In this document: positions 26,853 to 39,234 of the stretch, piece after piece
Layout of the letters: every line of letters starts with the position of its first letter
Position numbering within the stretch: position 1 is the stretch's first letter
Source: Mobula hypostoma
Lineage: Eukaryota
Length of the DNA stretch: 64,000 nucleotides
Direction: 5' to 3'
Assembly: GCF_963921235.1 (NCBI RefSeq)
Contig: NC_086097.1
Coordinates: 207,392,001-207,456,000 of the forward strand
Notes under the pieces: model-generated
Seen by the model: only the letters and a program-made list of their open reading frames with translations
Database searches by the model: none
What the model was told of the DNA's origin: nothing
Position numbers and translations under genes: made by a program

Positions 26853-27484
26853 ACTGTGGTTAAGAAAGCATATGGTGTATTGGCCTTCACCAATCGTGGG
26901 ACTGAGAGGTAATGTTGCAGCCGTATAGTACCCTGGTCAGATCCCACTTGGAGTACTGTGCTCAGTTCTGGTCGCCTCACTAAAGGAAGGATGTGGAAAC
27001 TATAAAAAAGGTGCAGAGGAGATTTACAAGGATGTTTCCTGGATTGGGGAGCACGCCCTATGAGAATAGGTTGAGTGAACTCGACCTTTTTTCCTTGGAG
27101 TGACAGAACAGGAGAGGTGACTTGACAGAGGTGTATAAGATGATGAGAGGCACTGATCGTGTGGATAGTCAGAGGCTTTTTTCCCAGGGCTGAAATGGCT
27201 AGTACGAGAGGGCACAGTTTTAAGGTGCTTGGAAGTAGGTACAGAGGAGATGTCAAGGGCAAGTTTTATACACAGAGGGTGGTAAGTGCGTGGAATGGGC
27301 TGCCAGCTCCAGTGGTGGAGGCAGATATGATAGAGTCTTTTAAGAGACTCCTGGGCAGGTATATGGAGCTCAGAAAATTAGAGGGCTATGGGTAACCCTA
27401 TGTAATTTCTCAGGTAAGGACGTTTTCGGCACAGCTTTGTGGGCCAAAGGGCCTGTATTGTGCTGTGGGTTTTCTATGTTTCTA
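26853..27484 (+). mobile_element. CR1 3' fragment nested in the outer CR1
   Basis: Close match to 23337-23988 and ends ttctatgtttcta; the outer element resumes caaaagcaagg. Confidence 0.85.
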
Positions 27485-28084
27485 CAAAAGCAAGGAGATA
27501 CGCTGAGTGTTTACAAGACACTAGTCACGCCACACTTGGGAATATTGTCAACAGTTTTGGGCCCCATATCTCACACAGGATGTGTTGTCATTGGAGAGAG
27601 TCCAGAGGAGGTTCACAAAGATGATTCTGGAAATGATTGGCATTTGGCAGCTTTGGGCCTGTACTCAGAAGAATTCAGAAGAATGCAGGGAGATTTCATT
27701 GAAACCTACTGGATGTTGGAAGGACTAGCTAGGGTGGATATGGAGAGGATGTTTCCTATGGTGGGGGTATCCAGAACTAGAGGGTACAGCCTCAAAATTA
27801 AGGAGCGACCCTTTAAAACAGAGGTAAAGAGGAATTTTTTTTAGCCAGAGTGTAGTAAATCTGTGGAATACTCAGCCATAGACTGCAGCTGAGGCAATTC
27901 AATGTGTATATTTAAGGCGGAAATTGATCGTTCCCTGCTCGGTCAGGGCATCAAAAAATATGGTGAGAAGGCAGATGTATGAGAGTGGGATTCGAGATCA
28001 GCCATGATAGAAAAGTGGAGCAGACTCGATAGGCCAAATTGCCGAATACTGCGCCTACGGCTTATGGTCTCAAGGTAATTACAA

Positions 28085-28660
28085 CCAGGGGTGGTATTGG
28101 GGATAAGCTCCCACTACCTATTAAATGCTCCTAATGGCATGCATCCAAATAGCCAAGTTTAGCTCCTGGCCTCCACAAGTGGCATGTGGCTTAGCTACTA
28201 AGCCCAAGGGAACCATTTCTACTGAAAGGAGAAGAGGCAACAGCAGGTTACTAGTGCCTTAAAACTAGTGCCTTCATGCAGATGGGTCATAAAAGCAGTG
28301 GTTGGCAGCTCTTCTAAGAAAAGGTAAACTCTAATCTCAAACCTCTGCTGCCTTGTGACTGTACCAAATATTGTATCATTTCTTAATGCATTCATTACTA
28401 AATGACAATAAAGGAGGACAATGCAAAAGAGGACTACCCGCTCTTAGGGAAGGCTTCAGGGGTAAACACCAAGAAAAATCTGCAGCTGCAAGGGCATTCC
28501 TTTGGATTCATCAGCTACGTGGAGAGGGGACGCCTGCTACATGAGCAACAGCTTCCTCTCTATATTGCACTGCCCTGGTTTGCATATTGACTTGCATATT
28601 ATGTCGACAGTTGGAATGCAACATCCATGGTCAAGTCCAATCAACGGAGGGCCTCAAGGT
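28085..28660 (+). mobile_element. Non-coding interspersed repeat, possibly derived from an RTE 5'UTR
   Basis: ggcagctcttctaagaaaaggtaaactctaatctcaaacct resembles RTE 5'UTR motifs; recognition from memory only. Confidence 0.4.
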
Positions 28661-29023
28661 ATATGAATATGCAAAGAATGATGAGATATGGACCATGTCT
28701 TGGCAGCAGGGATTAGGTGTCATTAGTTTAATTATTTCAGCACATCATGCAACGAAAGGCCATTTCCTTTGCTATACTGTTTTATGTTCTATAGTTAGCA
28801 TAGTTTCGTGAGGTATATCAAATTCAAAACAAAAGGAGAACACCAGAATTTGCTCCCTTAGGGCAAAACCAAGAAAGGGGGAGTGTAAAGGACCAAAGAA
28901 AATTAAACTTCTAAAGAAAAATCAACTCATTGCAAATAGATAATCTAAGAAATGCAGTTTCTGTTCATTTTCATAACACCAGCTGGGTTAGACATGTTTA
29001 AGAAGCTGTATTTCACTTTAAAG

Positions 29024-29103
29024 CAGGAGTTCCCAACCTTTTTTTATGCCACAGACTCCTACCATTAACCGAGGGGTCCGTGAAGCCCGGGTTGAGAACC
29101 CTA
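29024..29103. mobile_element. ~80-bp hAT-like MITE
   Basis: CAGGAGTTCCCAAC...GTTGAGAACCCT TIRs; opposite-orientation relative at 52210-52289. Confidence 0.7.
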
Positions 29104-29189
29104 AATCATAACTTGAATATACACCCATTTATAATATCCTGTATTACAATTCTTAAACAATATTCTTCTCAATTTCAAATCTCACTTAC

Positions 29190-29610
29190 TCGGTTCATTG
29201 AATCAAAGCACTTCCTGACTAGTGATTCCACATCGTTTGGTCTGTCTTGTACATTAATCCAGTCCAGTAAGGAGACATTAAAGAAAGCTTGGTCATTCAT
29301 TTCTTCATTTAATTCATTTTCTACTATGGTCCTCTGAGTGCTTCCCATGCTGTTCTCAATGTCTTTCTCTTCTTGCAGAACACTATTCTGTGCAGAATGT
29401 CCACATGACACAGAACTGGAGGGCGACTTCCTGCAAACTGCAGGTTTAACAGAACATAGTACTGAATTGTTGGACTTGTCATCCAGCTCTTCTTCAACAC
29501 TTTCACTTTCTGCAGGGAACTTGAGTCTTTCCTGACACTCACGGTAACTATGCCTGGTCAGGCATTCCAACAGTGGCATTTTAGCCATAACTGAGACAGC
29601 TGTGCCTAAG
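29190..29610 (-). CDS. RB1CC1: RB1CC1 coding exon 5 (421 nt)
   Basis: LGTAVSVMAKMPLLECLTRHSYREC...FFNVSLLDWINVQDRPNDVESLVRKCFDSMNR. aag/gtaagt boundaries; cumulative 993 nt, in frame. Confidence 0.96.
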
Positions 29611-30319
29611 CTTGATTCAAAATAAAGAAAACACATTAATACAACTTGAAGCAACTGAATAGAACATCACTAATCAGCCTGGAACATTTACAACATCACT
29701 CTTCACTCCCCCACCCCCCAAAACAGATAGCAAAGATCAAACGTTAAATCATAAATATTAAATAGGTTCTGAAGACACATGCCACTTCAGCTAACATTCA
29801 AAATGCAGGAGTTTCTGCCAGTTTGTAGAACAACTTGCCAAGCTAGAACTTTGGTCAGCATTTTGAAGAATACATTGCAATAGGACATGCATCAGAGTTG
29901 CTCCCATGATTGTGCACATGTACAAATGCCATAATTTTGTGGGTTTCTATGTTTTTCCTTCGAATTAAAATAGTACCAATACTTAGTTTTAACAGATTAT
30001 GGCTATCAGCTTTGAGATTTATTTTAAAATTTTACAATTTATATTTTTACAAAATATTTAATCACAGTATTCTAAGTATCTTATGCAGTTTCCCCAAAAT
30101 TATTCACTCGAAGTGGAGGCAATCTTTAAGTTTTACACCCAAAAATAGCAAAATCCTCATTCATTAACAACAAAAAGGAAAACTTGTATAACCAATACCA
30201 ACTATATTCATTAATTATTTTACTGCCAGACACAGGACAAATACAAGTGTAGCAGCCCTATGGAAACAAATGATGAGAACATCAGTCTGACAGAAAAGAT
30301 TAACAAAACAAAATCAAAG

Positions 30320-30985
30320 AATATGAAGATGCAACATATAAAATGCTGAAGGTACTCAGCAGATCAGGCAGAATCTATGGAGGGAAATAAACAGTTGACA
30401 TTTTGGGCCAAGACCCTTCATCAGGGCTGGAAAAGGTGGTGGAAGAAGCCAGGATTATAAGGTGCGGGTAGGGGAAGGAGTACAAGCTGGCAGATGATGG
30501 GTGAAGCTACACAAGGTCAGTAAGTGAGGGAGGGGTTGAATAAACTGGGAGTGGATTGGCGAAAAAGGAACAGTGCTAAAGAAGAAAGAATCTGATAAGA
30601 GAAGAAAGTGGATCATGGGGAAAAAAGGAGAGAGGAGTGGCACCAGTGGGAGGTGAGGAAATGGTTTAAGAGGGAGAACCAGAATGGGAAATGGAAAAGA
30701 GAGAAGGGGAGGGAGGATAAATTACTCAAGTTAGAGAAATCAATGTTCATGCTGTCAGGTTGGTAGCTTCCAATCTGGCTTCATCTATCACCTGCCAGCT
30801 TGTACTTCTTAACTTACCTTCTTCTTCTGGCTTCTTCCCCCTTCTTTTCCAGTCTTGGTGAAAGGCCTCAGCCCAAAATGTCAATTGTTTATTCCCTTCC
30901 ATTGATGCTGCCTGAACGGCTGAGTTCCGTCAGCATTTTCTCTTTTGCTCTGGGTATCCAGCAAATGCAGAATCTTATGTGTATA
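30320..30985. mobile_element. Old Penelope-like element with inverted pLTRs
   Basis: Diverged inverted arms (~30340-30500 and ~30780-30950) with decayed hammerhead motifs at 30392-30429 (-) and 30850-30887 (+). Confidence 0.75.
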
Positions 30986-32099
30986 TGAAGGATTTAGCCT
31001 CAAACTGAGGGCCAAATGATAATTTCAAGCATGACTGACTGCCATAAACAACTTTGAAAACAGTCCCTTGTAGGTCAGGTAATGTGATATGGGCAATTTA
31101 GAAGACATAGCAGTGCCATCTAGTGTGAAAACTAAACATTATTTTTTTTATTTTTTTTTACAATGGATGACTAAATCTAAATTATCACCACTTATGACCA
31201 GGTATTGCACAGTTGGATATAAGTATTGATAATACTTGATGAAGTATTGTGGAATAATAGAAAATGCAATTGGTAACCTTTAAATATCTGAGTGCTACAT
31301 AATACATTGGCTGGTTGATTGGCGGTGAGAGAGACAGAGAGAGAGAGACAGAGACAATTTCAGGTAGGGATGATAAGAGAGTAAACAATAACCAGCCTTA
31401 AGATTAAATTCCAGTTCCCATCAGATGTTTTTCTTTTCTATACATGCATCACATTCCTAAGTTCATGCTTATCATGATATACTTCACATTACATCAACCT
31501 CTGATTAGTAACCACATTACAATTCATTCATTGTAAGGAGGGTGGGCATTTTCATAGAAACAGTGAGCTCTATCCACTGTTTCCGAGAATGTAATTATAG
31601 AAATTATAAATAGAAAACTCAAATGCATCCTGATGCAAATTATAAACACAATAGCTCAGTTAAAAAAAAACAGCATTTGGAAACATTGTGTTCTCATGAT
31701 ACAAGAGGACATTCAATCCACTGAGCCTATGCTAATTCTCAAAGCCGTCCCATCAATCCCAAACTTCCACTTGCTCCCCTGGTACATGTTCTTTCTTACA
31801 TCAGTTCCAACTTATTCTGCTATACCTGAGGTTAGGTTAAAAAAAAATTACTATTTGCAAGATAAATCAAAATATTTAGCAAGTAAATTGTGTAGCAAAA
31901 TTTTGGGTAATGTTCAAAGTAAATTTATTTTCAATGTACATATGTATCATCGTATACAACCCTGAGCTTCATTTTCTTAAGGATATATTCAATAAATCCA
32001 TAATAGAATAATAACCATGATAGAATCAATGAAGGGATAGAACAAATAATATTCAATTCCTTGACTATTATAGTCCAACAATGTGTCTGCAATGCCTTT

Positions 32100-35000
32100 C
32101 TCAGAAAGAAATTATAAGACAAAATAGCAACAGTGGAGGCTGAAGAAAGGATGAGCAACCTAACTGTAGCACCATAGCTCAGGGAGCCACTCAAGAGGGG
32201 GGAAAGATGAAAAATGTAGTGATTGAGGATAGTATAGTCAGGGGAATAGACAGAGTTCACTGTCGCGAGGATAGAGCATCCCAAAGGCTTTGTTACCTGC
32301 CTGGTGCCCAGCTTCAGGACATCTTATCTGACCTGCAGAGGGAGGGGAAAGATCGAGTTGTCATGGTCCTTGTGGGTACCAACAACATAGGTAGAACGAG
32401 GAAAGAAGTTCTGCCGAGGGAATTTGAGTAGCTAAGAACCAAATTAAAAAGCAGAACCAAAAAGGAGGTAATCTCTGGATTACTACCTAAACCACATGCA
32501 AAATGGTATAAGGTCAAGAAGATTAGAGAGTTAAATGCGTGGTTCAAGGATTGGTGTGGGAGAAGTGGGCTTGAATTCATGAGAAATTGGCACTAGTATT
32601 GGGAAAGGAGGCAGCTGTACCTATAGGACGGGCTCCACCTGAACTGTGATGGAACCTGGATCCCAGCAAATTGCATAACCAGGGCTGTGGATAGGGCTTT
32701 AAACTAAATAGTAGAGGGTGGGTTCAACAGATTGGAGAAGTATGGATAAAGTAAAAAAGAAAAGTGTGGATAAAGATAAAGAAAAAATAAAAGTGAAAAG
32801 TAAGAGTGGAGTGCAGAAAAGTCAAGTGCAAAAGAGTAAAAGATTACAAAATTTTAAAAGCACGATGAGTGCAAGGGCACTTTAGTTGAATGCCCATAGT
32901 AGTCGAAACAAGGTCAGTGAACTTGTGGCTCTGGGGAGGGAACGTCAACTCAAGACCATGAGAGGCCTGCTTCGGGCATTTTCATGCATTACAAGGCACA
33001 GATTGGTACAAATCAGTACAAAAAGGTATGATTTAGTGGCCATTACAGAGACCTGGTTGCAGGGTGGAGAGGATTGGAAATTAAATATCCAAGGATATCA
33101 GGTAATATGGAAGGATAGGCAGGAAGGCAAGGAAGGTGGGGTAGCACTCTTAATTAAAGATGAGATCAGGGTCATCATGAGAGATGATACAAGATCTAAG
33201 GAGCAAAATGTTGAATCCATCTGGGTAGAAATTCAGAATAATAAAGGGAAAAAAAGAATCACTGGTGGGAGTTGTCTATCGGCCACCAAATAATAACATT
33301 ATAGTGGCACGGGCAATAAACAGAGAAATATCTGAGGCATGTAAGGATGGAACAGCAGTTATCGTGGGGACTTGAACATGCACATAGATTGAGTGAATCA
33401 AGTTGGTCGAGGCAGTCTTGAGGAGGACTTCATAGAATGCATCCGTGTGGCTTTCTTGAACAGCATGTTACTGAACCTGCAAGGGAATGTGCCATCTTAG
33501 ATCTGGTCCTGCGCAATGAGACAGCAAAAATTAGTAATCTTGTAGTTAGGGATCCTCTAAAGAGTGATCACAGTATGACTGAATTTCTCATACAAATGGA
33601 GGGTGCAAAAGTTCAACCTAATACCAGTGTATTATGCTTAAACAATGGAGACTACAATGGGATGAAGGAGGATTTGGCTAGTGTAGACTGGAAACACAGG
33701 CTGAGAGCACAGGGTGGGACAGCTGAGGAACTGTGGAAGACTTTGAAAGAGATTTTTCACGGTGCTCAATAAAATTATATTCCAGTTAAAAGCAAGGACA
33801 GTAAGGTTGGGGAGAGCCAGTCTTGGATAACTAAGGAAATAAAAGAAGGCATCAAACTAAAAGCTCGTGCATACAAAGTCACCAAGAGTAGTGCAACGGG
33901 GTCCTGAATTACCCCTATGAACTGTGCTTGTTTACCCCTATTAACAGTGCTTTTGAAAAGACAGAGAATTATTTAACACCAACAACTTTTGAGAGACAGA
34001 GAGACATGAAGACTGCTCACAGGTTGTTTATACTTTCTTCAAGGATATTTGCCTGCTTGTACATTTCTTACACAAAGGAAGAAGGAGTTATTTAAATGAC
34101 AGCTGGTATCCAGTACAGTGAGATAAATAGGTCAGATGATATAGACCTCAGACACATGTTTTGGACACTGGATGAGCTTTGTGTGCCCACAGGAAAAAGA
34201 GAGTTTTTGGAGGATCGATCAATCGCTCTTGCAGTGAGAAAAGACAGTGACCGGTGGGGAGTTGTCCATGTGTCCACCCTTGCCTGGGTGATAGCTCCAC
34301 CACAGAAAACTGGTCCCCTCTGTTGTGGTCACAGTCAGTGACTTTTAAAGGATTTCGGAGGACAAGAAGAAGATCGACAGCGTCAGCTCAACTGAAGACT
34401 CAAATCTCTCCCCCTCTCTCTCTCCATCACTACTCAACTCAACACCACGAACTGAACTGAACTTTACTCATCATCGTAAGACGGTATCTTTTTACCCCTA
34501 GATTGAAAGAAGATTGACTTTCATATATTTCCACACTTACTATTTACTTACTTATATATAATCATTGCTAACCTGTTTAATTTATCTACATTTATATTAC
34601 TGTATTGCATAGTTACTAATAAATATTACTAGTTAATAGCAATACTGGACTCCAAAGTGTTTTCTATTTCTGCTGGTTCTTTATTCCCGTCACACGGTAC
34701 TTGACAGTAGTGGGAAACTGGAAGATTGAGAAAACCTTAAAAAGCAAGTAGGTACCACTAAGCAAGCAATAAAGAAGGGAAATTAAATACGACAATAAAC
34801 TCGCACAAAAAAATCATGGGTAGTAAAAGCTTTTATGATTATATAAAGCGGAAAAGGGTGGCTAAAGTGAATGTAGGTCCTTTGGAGAATGAGAAGGGGG
34901 AATTGATATTGGGTAATAGGAAATGGCCAAGGCTTTGAATGACTATGTTGTGTCGGTCTTCACGGTGTAGGACCTATCTAACATGCCGAAGAGAGCTGTT

Positions 35001-35262
35001 ATGGATGCGATGGAAAGTGAGACCTCAATACAATAGCCATCACGAAAGAGGAAATGCTGAGCAAACTTGTGGGCCTGAAGATAGACAAGGCCCTGGTCCT
35101 GATGGAATGCATCCCAGGGTACTGAAAGAATTGACAGAAGTTACAGTAGAGAGTTCAGTGATGGACTACCAAAATTCTCTGGACTCCGGGCAGGTCCCGG
35201 GGGATTGGTAGATGGCGAATGTCATGCCACTGTTCAAGAAAGGATGTAGGCAAAAGGCAGGC
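32100..35262 (+). mobile_element. CR1 (ORF1 esterase, ORF2 APE), interrupted by a solo LTR
   Basis: VVIEDSIVRGIDR...VGTNNIGR; YDLVAITETWL; PGPDGMHPRVLKEL. Confidence 0.87.
33892..34706 (+). mobile_element. Solo LTR (Gypsy-type, 815 bp)
   Basis: TG...CA ends, 4-bp TSD gtag at 33888-33891 and 34707-34710, AATAAA near 34618; the CR1 is rejoined on removal. Confidence 0.85.
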
Positions 35263-35985
35263 AAGACTTGCCACCATTCAGGGCCCCAAACAGTCCTTCC
35301 AAGTGAGGCAACACTTCACTCGTGAGTCTGTTGGGGTCATCTATTGCATCCGGTGCTCCCGGTGCAGTCTCCTCTACATCGGTGAAACCTGACACAGATT
35401 GGGGGACCGCTTTGTCGAGCACCTCCACTCCGTCTGCCACAACAGATAGGATCTCCCAGTAGCCACCCACTTCAACTCTGCTTCCCACTCCCATTCAGCC
35501 ATGTCCATACATGGCCTCCTCTACTGCCATGATGAGGCTAAACTCAGGTTGGAGGAGCAACACCTCATATACCGTCTAGGTAGTCTCCAGCCCCTTGGTA
35601 TGAACATAGAATTCTCCAGCTTCCGGTAATTCCCTCCCCCTCCCTTTCTCATTCTCTATTTCACTCTGCCCCTCCCCCAGCTGCCTATCACCTCCCTCAT
35701 GGTTCTGCCTCCTTCCACTACCCATTGTGTTTTCCCCTATTCCTTCCTCACCTTTCCTGCCTATCCCCTCCCTGCTTCCCCTCCCCCACACCTCTATCTT
35801 TCCCCTTACTGGTTTTTCACCTGAAACCTACCAGCCTTCTCCTTCCCACTCTCCCCCCATCTTATAGGGCCTCTGCCTCTTCCCTCTATGGTCCTGACGA
35901 AGAGTTCCGGCCCGAAACGTCAAACGAGGGAAGGGGCAGAGGCCCTATAAGATGGGGGGAGAGTGGGAAGGAGAAGGCTGGCAGC
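35263..35985 (+). mobile_element. Penelope-like element 3' part (GIY-YIG pseudogene, pLTR start)
   Basis: GVIYCIRCSRCSLLYIGET*HRLGDRFVEHL...LEEQHLIYRLGSLQPLGMNIEFS. Hammerhead core CTGACGA...GAAACGTC at 35894-35921. Confidence 0.87.
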
Positions 35986-37207
35986 TTCATAGTTTAAAGG
36001 TTACTGGAGAGCATGTTTATGCCAACAGCGCTTGCGTGAGATTTTCTGCCGAGAGCGCTTGCGTGAGATTTTCGCTATGGAGATCTGTACAGGCAATCAT
36101 TGTAGAGAAGTATTTCTACTTTATATAGGCTGTGTATTTAGCATATCATTCCTGCTTTTACTATTTGTTACTGTTATTTTAGGTTTTATGTGTTATTTGG
36201 CATGATTTGATAGGTTATTTCTGGGTCTGCGAACGCTCACAAAATTATCCCATATAAATTAATTAGGTGCTGCCCAGCACGTAAATGTTGGCGCAGATCA
36301 GAGGCGATTGCATCGGCACTGATCTGGGCCGACAATTACGTGCTAGGCGGCACGTAATTAATTAGCATGTTTATTTTGACTTTTTTCTTAAAGATATGCT
36401 GTGTGCCCCCCAGCTACCGCTGCATTCTCCGCAAATCAGTACAGCATCTGTCCGGGGCCCGGGGGTTGGGGTGGTGGGACACTGGGGTGTCATCTCATCA
36501 AGGGCAGGCAGCTCATCTTCTCCTATGACTGCCTGCTTAGATGTCGAAGGTTGAAGTTCGTCATCTGCTGTGGCTGATGTGGAAAGCTTGCTTGACTGCT
36601 GAGCCTCGAGCATTTTTATATCATACAGTTCTTCGTAAGAACTCGACCCATCTTGCAAATATCCCCTAAACCTACGTACCCTTTCAAAATTAAAGTCGTA
36701 CTTTATCATTGCAGAGAAAATCTCACGCAGTTGCCTCACGTTCAGTTCCTGGACGACTTCACTTTCACTACTGCATTCAGTTTCGATTGTTACCCTTTTC
36801 TCTTCCAATTGCATCAGCTCTTCATCTATCAGTTCTTGGTCATGGGATGCCAAAACCTCTTCAACATCATCTTCATCAGCTTCCACAAGCCAAACTCACT
36901 TTGTCCTTGCTTCGTTCACCACGATCAAAACGCTTAATTATGTCTAGTTTTACGCTAAGTGTAACACCCTTATGAGCTCTTTCAGGATTTTCCGACACCT
37001 TAGAACTTATCTTGCAAATGACTGCTCAATGCAACGTGTTTAAGCAATGCCGTTCCGAATCCGGGGGAGAGCAGCTGCTCGGGGTGCGTGCTGCCTTTCT
37101 TCGTAACAGTGAAAACACCTTCTGAAAGCGAAAACAGGGTACTAATGTAGATCTTTCATAACAGTGAGGTTTCATAAAGCAAACATTCGAAAAGCAGGGG
37201 ACACCTG
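35981..37207 (-). mobile_element. Second Tigger-family copy, rearranged
   Basis: Right TIR ...GGGGACACCTG|TA. ORF 36371-36886 resembles a Tigger transposase C-terminus (DVEEVLASHDQELIDEELMQL). 35981-36312 is inverted relative to the first copy. Confidence 0.82.
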
Positions 37208-37856
37208 TATTGGATTTACAACACAAAAGTTTTTTTTAAATACTTCAACAGTACTTTTCTTGCTTCATTTGTAGAGATTAGTGAATCCCAATTACTCCAA
37301 GTGCTCAAAAACATAAATATCAGCGGAATGCTACAATATGTCAAGCGTTAGATCATAAACAATGCAAGTGTAATACTTAACTGATTCTGCACAACATAAA
37401 AAGCATATGCACAGTATTGGCCATTCATAAATAGTTCAACTTATTCTGCATCCCAGAATCAATCAAAAAATTGAGTTTTTATTCTCAGCTGAGCTAGAGG
37501 TACACAAGATTTTCACTCACAGTCGGCTGGCAGCAATAGAATAGAGAGAGGAGACAGTGGGGAAAAGAACTTAAGGATTCATACAAAGAAATTGCTTGGC
37601 TTATACCATACTCAGTGTTCAAACAGTTACTTACGTTGCAACAGCTTCTGGAAAAAAAATAGCTATTCTCCCCCAAGAGAATTAATGGAATGCAACAAAA
37701 CAATCTGCAAAAGCGACAGTAGTAGTACACCCCCTATACACCCAAATATTATAAATGAAGGATTTTCGCATGTACTAAACCTTAGTGTTCCCAAAGAAAC
37801 AAATACAAGATCCAACACTATTTATTGTGGAAATTAAAACATTCACCCAAACTTAC

Positions 37857-38059
37857 TTTGTGAGTTTTTGCTTAATATCTTCCACAGAATGTTCATAATT
37901 GCTGTATGCATTTTCAAACTTCGTTAGCAGTCTTTGAAAAGAATGCGTACAGTCTTCCAAATTGGCCATAATGGCAGCCCAACCTTGATGCTGGAGGTGT
38001 TCATCATGGACCAGTCTTTCACAGAATGAGCACAGCTTCTTTGCAACTTCGTACATCTC
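37857..38059 (-). CDS. RB1CC1: RB1CC1 coding exon 4 (203 nt)
   Basis: EMYEVAKKLCSFCERLVHDEHLQHQGWAAIMANLEDC...DIKQKLT. tag/gtaagt boundaries. Confidence 0.97.
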
Positions 38060-38104
38060 CTACCAAAGAAAACAAAACAAAACAAAAATTACAAATGGCA
38101 AAGG

Positions 38105-38925
38105 AGGGGCAGAGCGAAGTCAAGATGGTACAAAACGGCGATTCCTTTGCTTGCACCTTCGTCAACAACTCTGACATTTCTTGTTTTTTTTCCTTTTCAA
38201 GGTTTTTTTTGAAGACCCTGACCTGGAGTTACACTTTGACTCCGGTTATTTGCGGGAATGGGACCTCACGACTGGCTGCTTTTTGATATCCGAAGGACTC
38301 AGTCTGGAAGGCAATCGCACCTTCAGGGTGCCGGATTTTTGCGGCTCTGGAGATGTGTTGATTCTGGTCCAGTGCCCCTGACTGAAGTGTCACGGGAGAA
38401 CATGGAACATTGGGAGCAGCAGGTCAGTGCTGGTGGTTGCATGTCCTGAGAGCTGCATCTTTCTGGAGCTGACTCTCTGGGTGCAGAGCTCAGAAAAAGC
38501 GACACAACAGACTTTTCATAAATCAGTGAGTTGTTTGCTATGTCTCCCCTCTCACTGTGAAACGGGGACAACCCTTTTTCCCTTTATTAGGGAGAAAAAG
38601 AGCCAGTGGTATGTCGAATTACTGGGTGAACGAGTAGTTTTTGGGTACTGCAAGTCTGTGTCTTTATTGATACTAGCTTCAAGCTTGAGTACTCGGTGGA
38701 GGGCGCAGATGCATCTTTGCTGGTGGAGGTGGGGGGGATCATTGCCTTGCTGCTGCTTGTGCATGGGAAAGGGAAGCTTGGAGGGGGAGAGGGAGGCTTT
38801 GGGGTTTTCATGTTTGACTGTCATTCATTCTTTGGGGTACTTCTCTGTTTTTGTGGATGTTTGCGAAGAAAAAGAATTTTTGGATGTATATTGCATACAT
38901 TTCTCTGACATTAAATGTACCTAAA
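38105..38925 (+). mobile_element. Non-autonomous interspersed repeat with an AAGATGG head
   Basis: Begins gtcaagatgg and ends ctgacattaaatgtacct; no credible ORF. Confidence 0.5.
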
Positions 38926-39234
38926 AGATTTCATACAGTATTGTTTTCTTAGGGCAGCAATGGTCAATACCAACAGGATTCTCGTTTAAGGTGCGTGGAG
39001 TAAACTTCAGGGGAGATATTAGATGTAGGTGTTTTTTTTTCTAAAAAACTACAGAGAGCGATATGTAGCTGGAATACATTGTCAGGAATGGTGGTAGAGG
39101 CTGATACAATAACCACATTTAAAAGATTCTTGGATAGATAAATAATATAATAAAAATGGAGGGATATGGGACATATAGAAAGAAGTTGTTAAATTGATCA
39201 TGGAGTAGCTTTCCATTAATCAGCACAAGATCTT

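Larger units (their letters stand above)
19740..28075 (+). mobile_element. Near full-length CR1 (outer element) hosting several nested insertions
   Basis: ORF1 (CMEMQLLRDHVRELELQL; esterase resumes at 23989), APE endonuclease from ~24340, RT at ~25900-26800, 3' tail cttatggtct near 28070. Confidence 0.85.
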
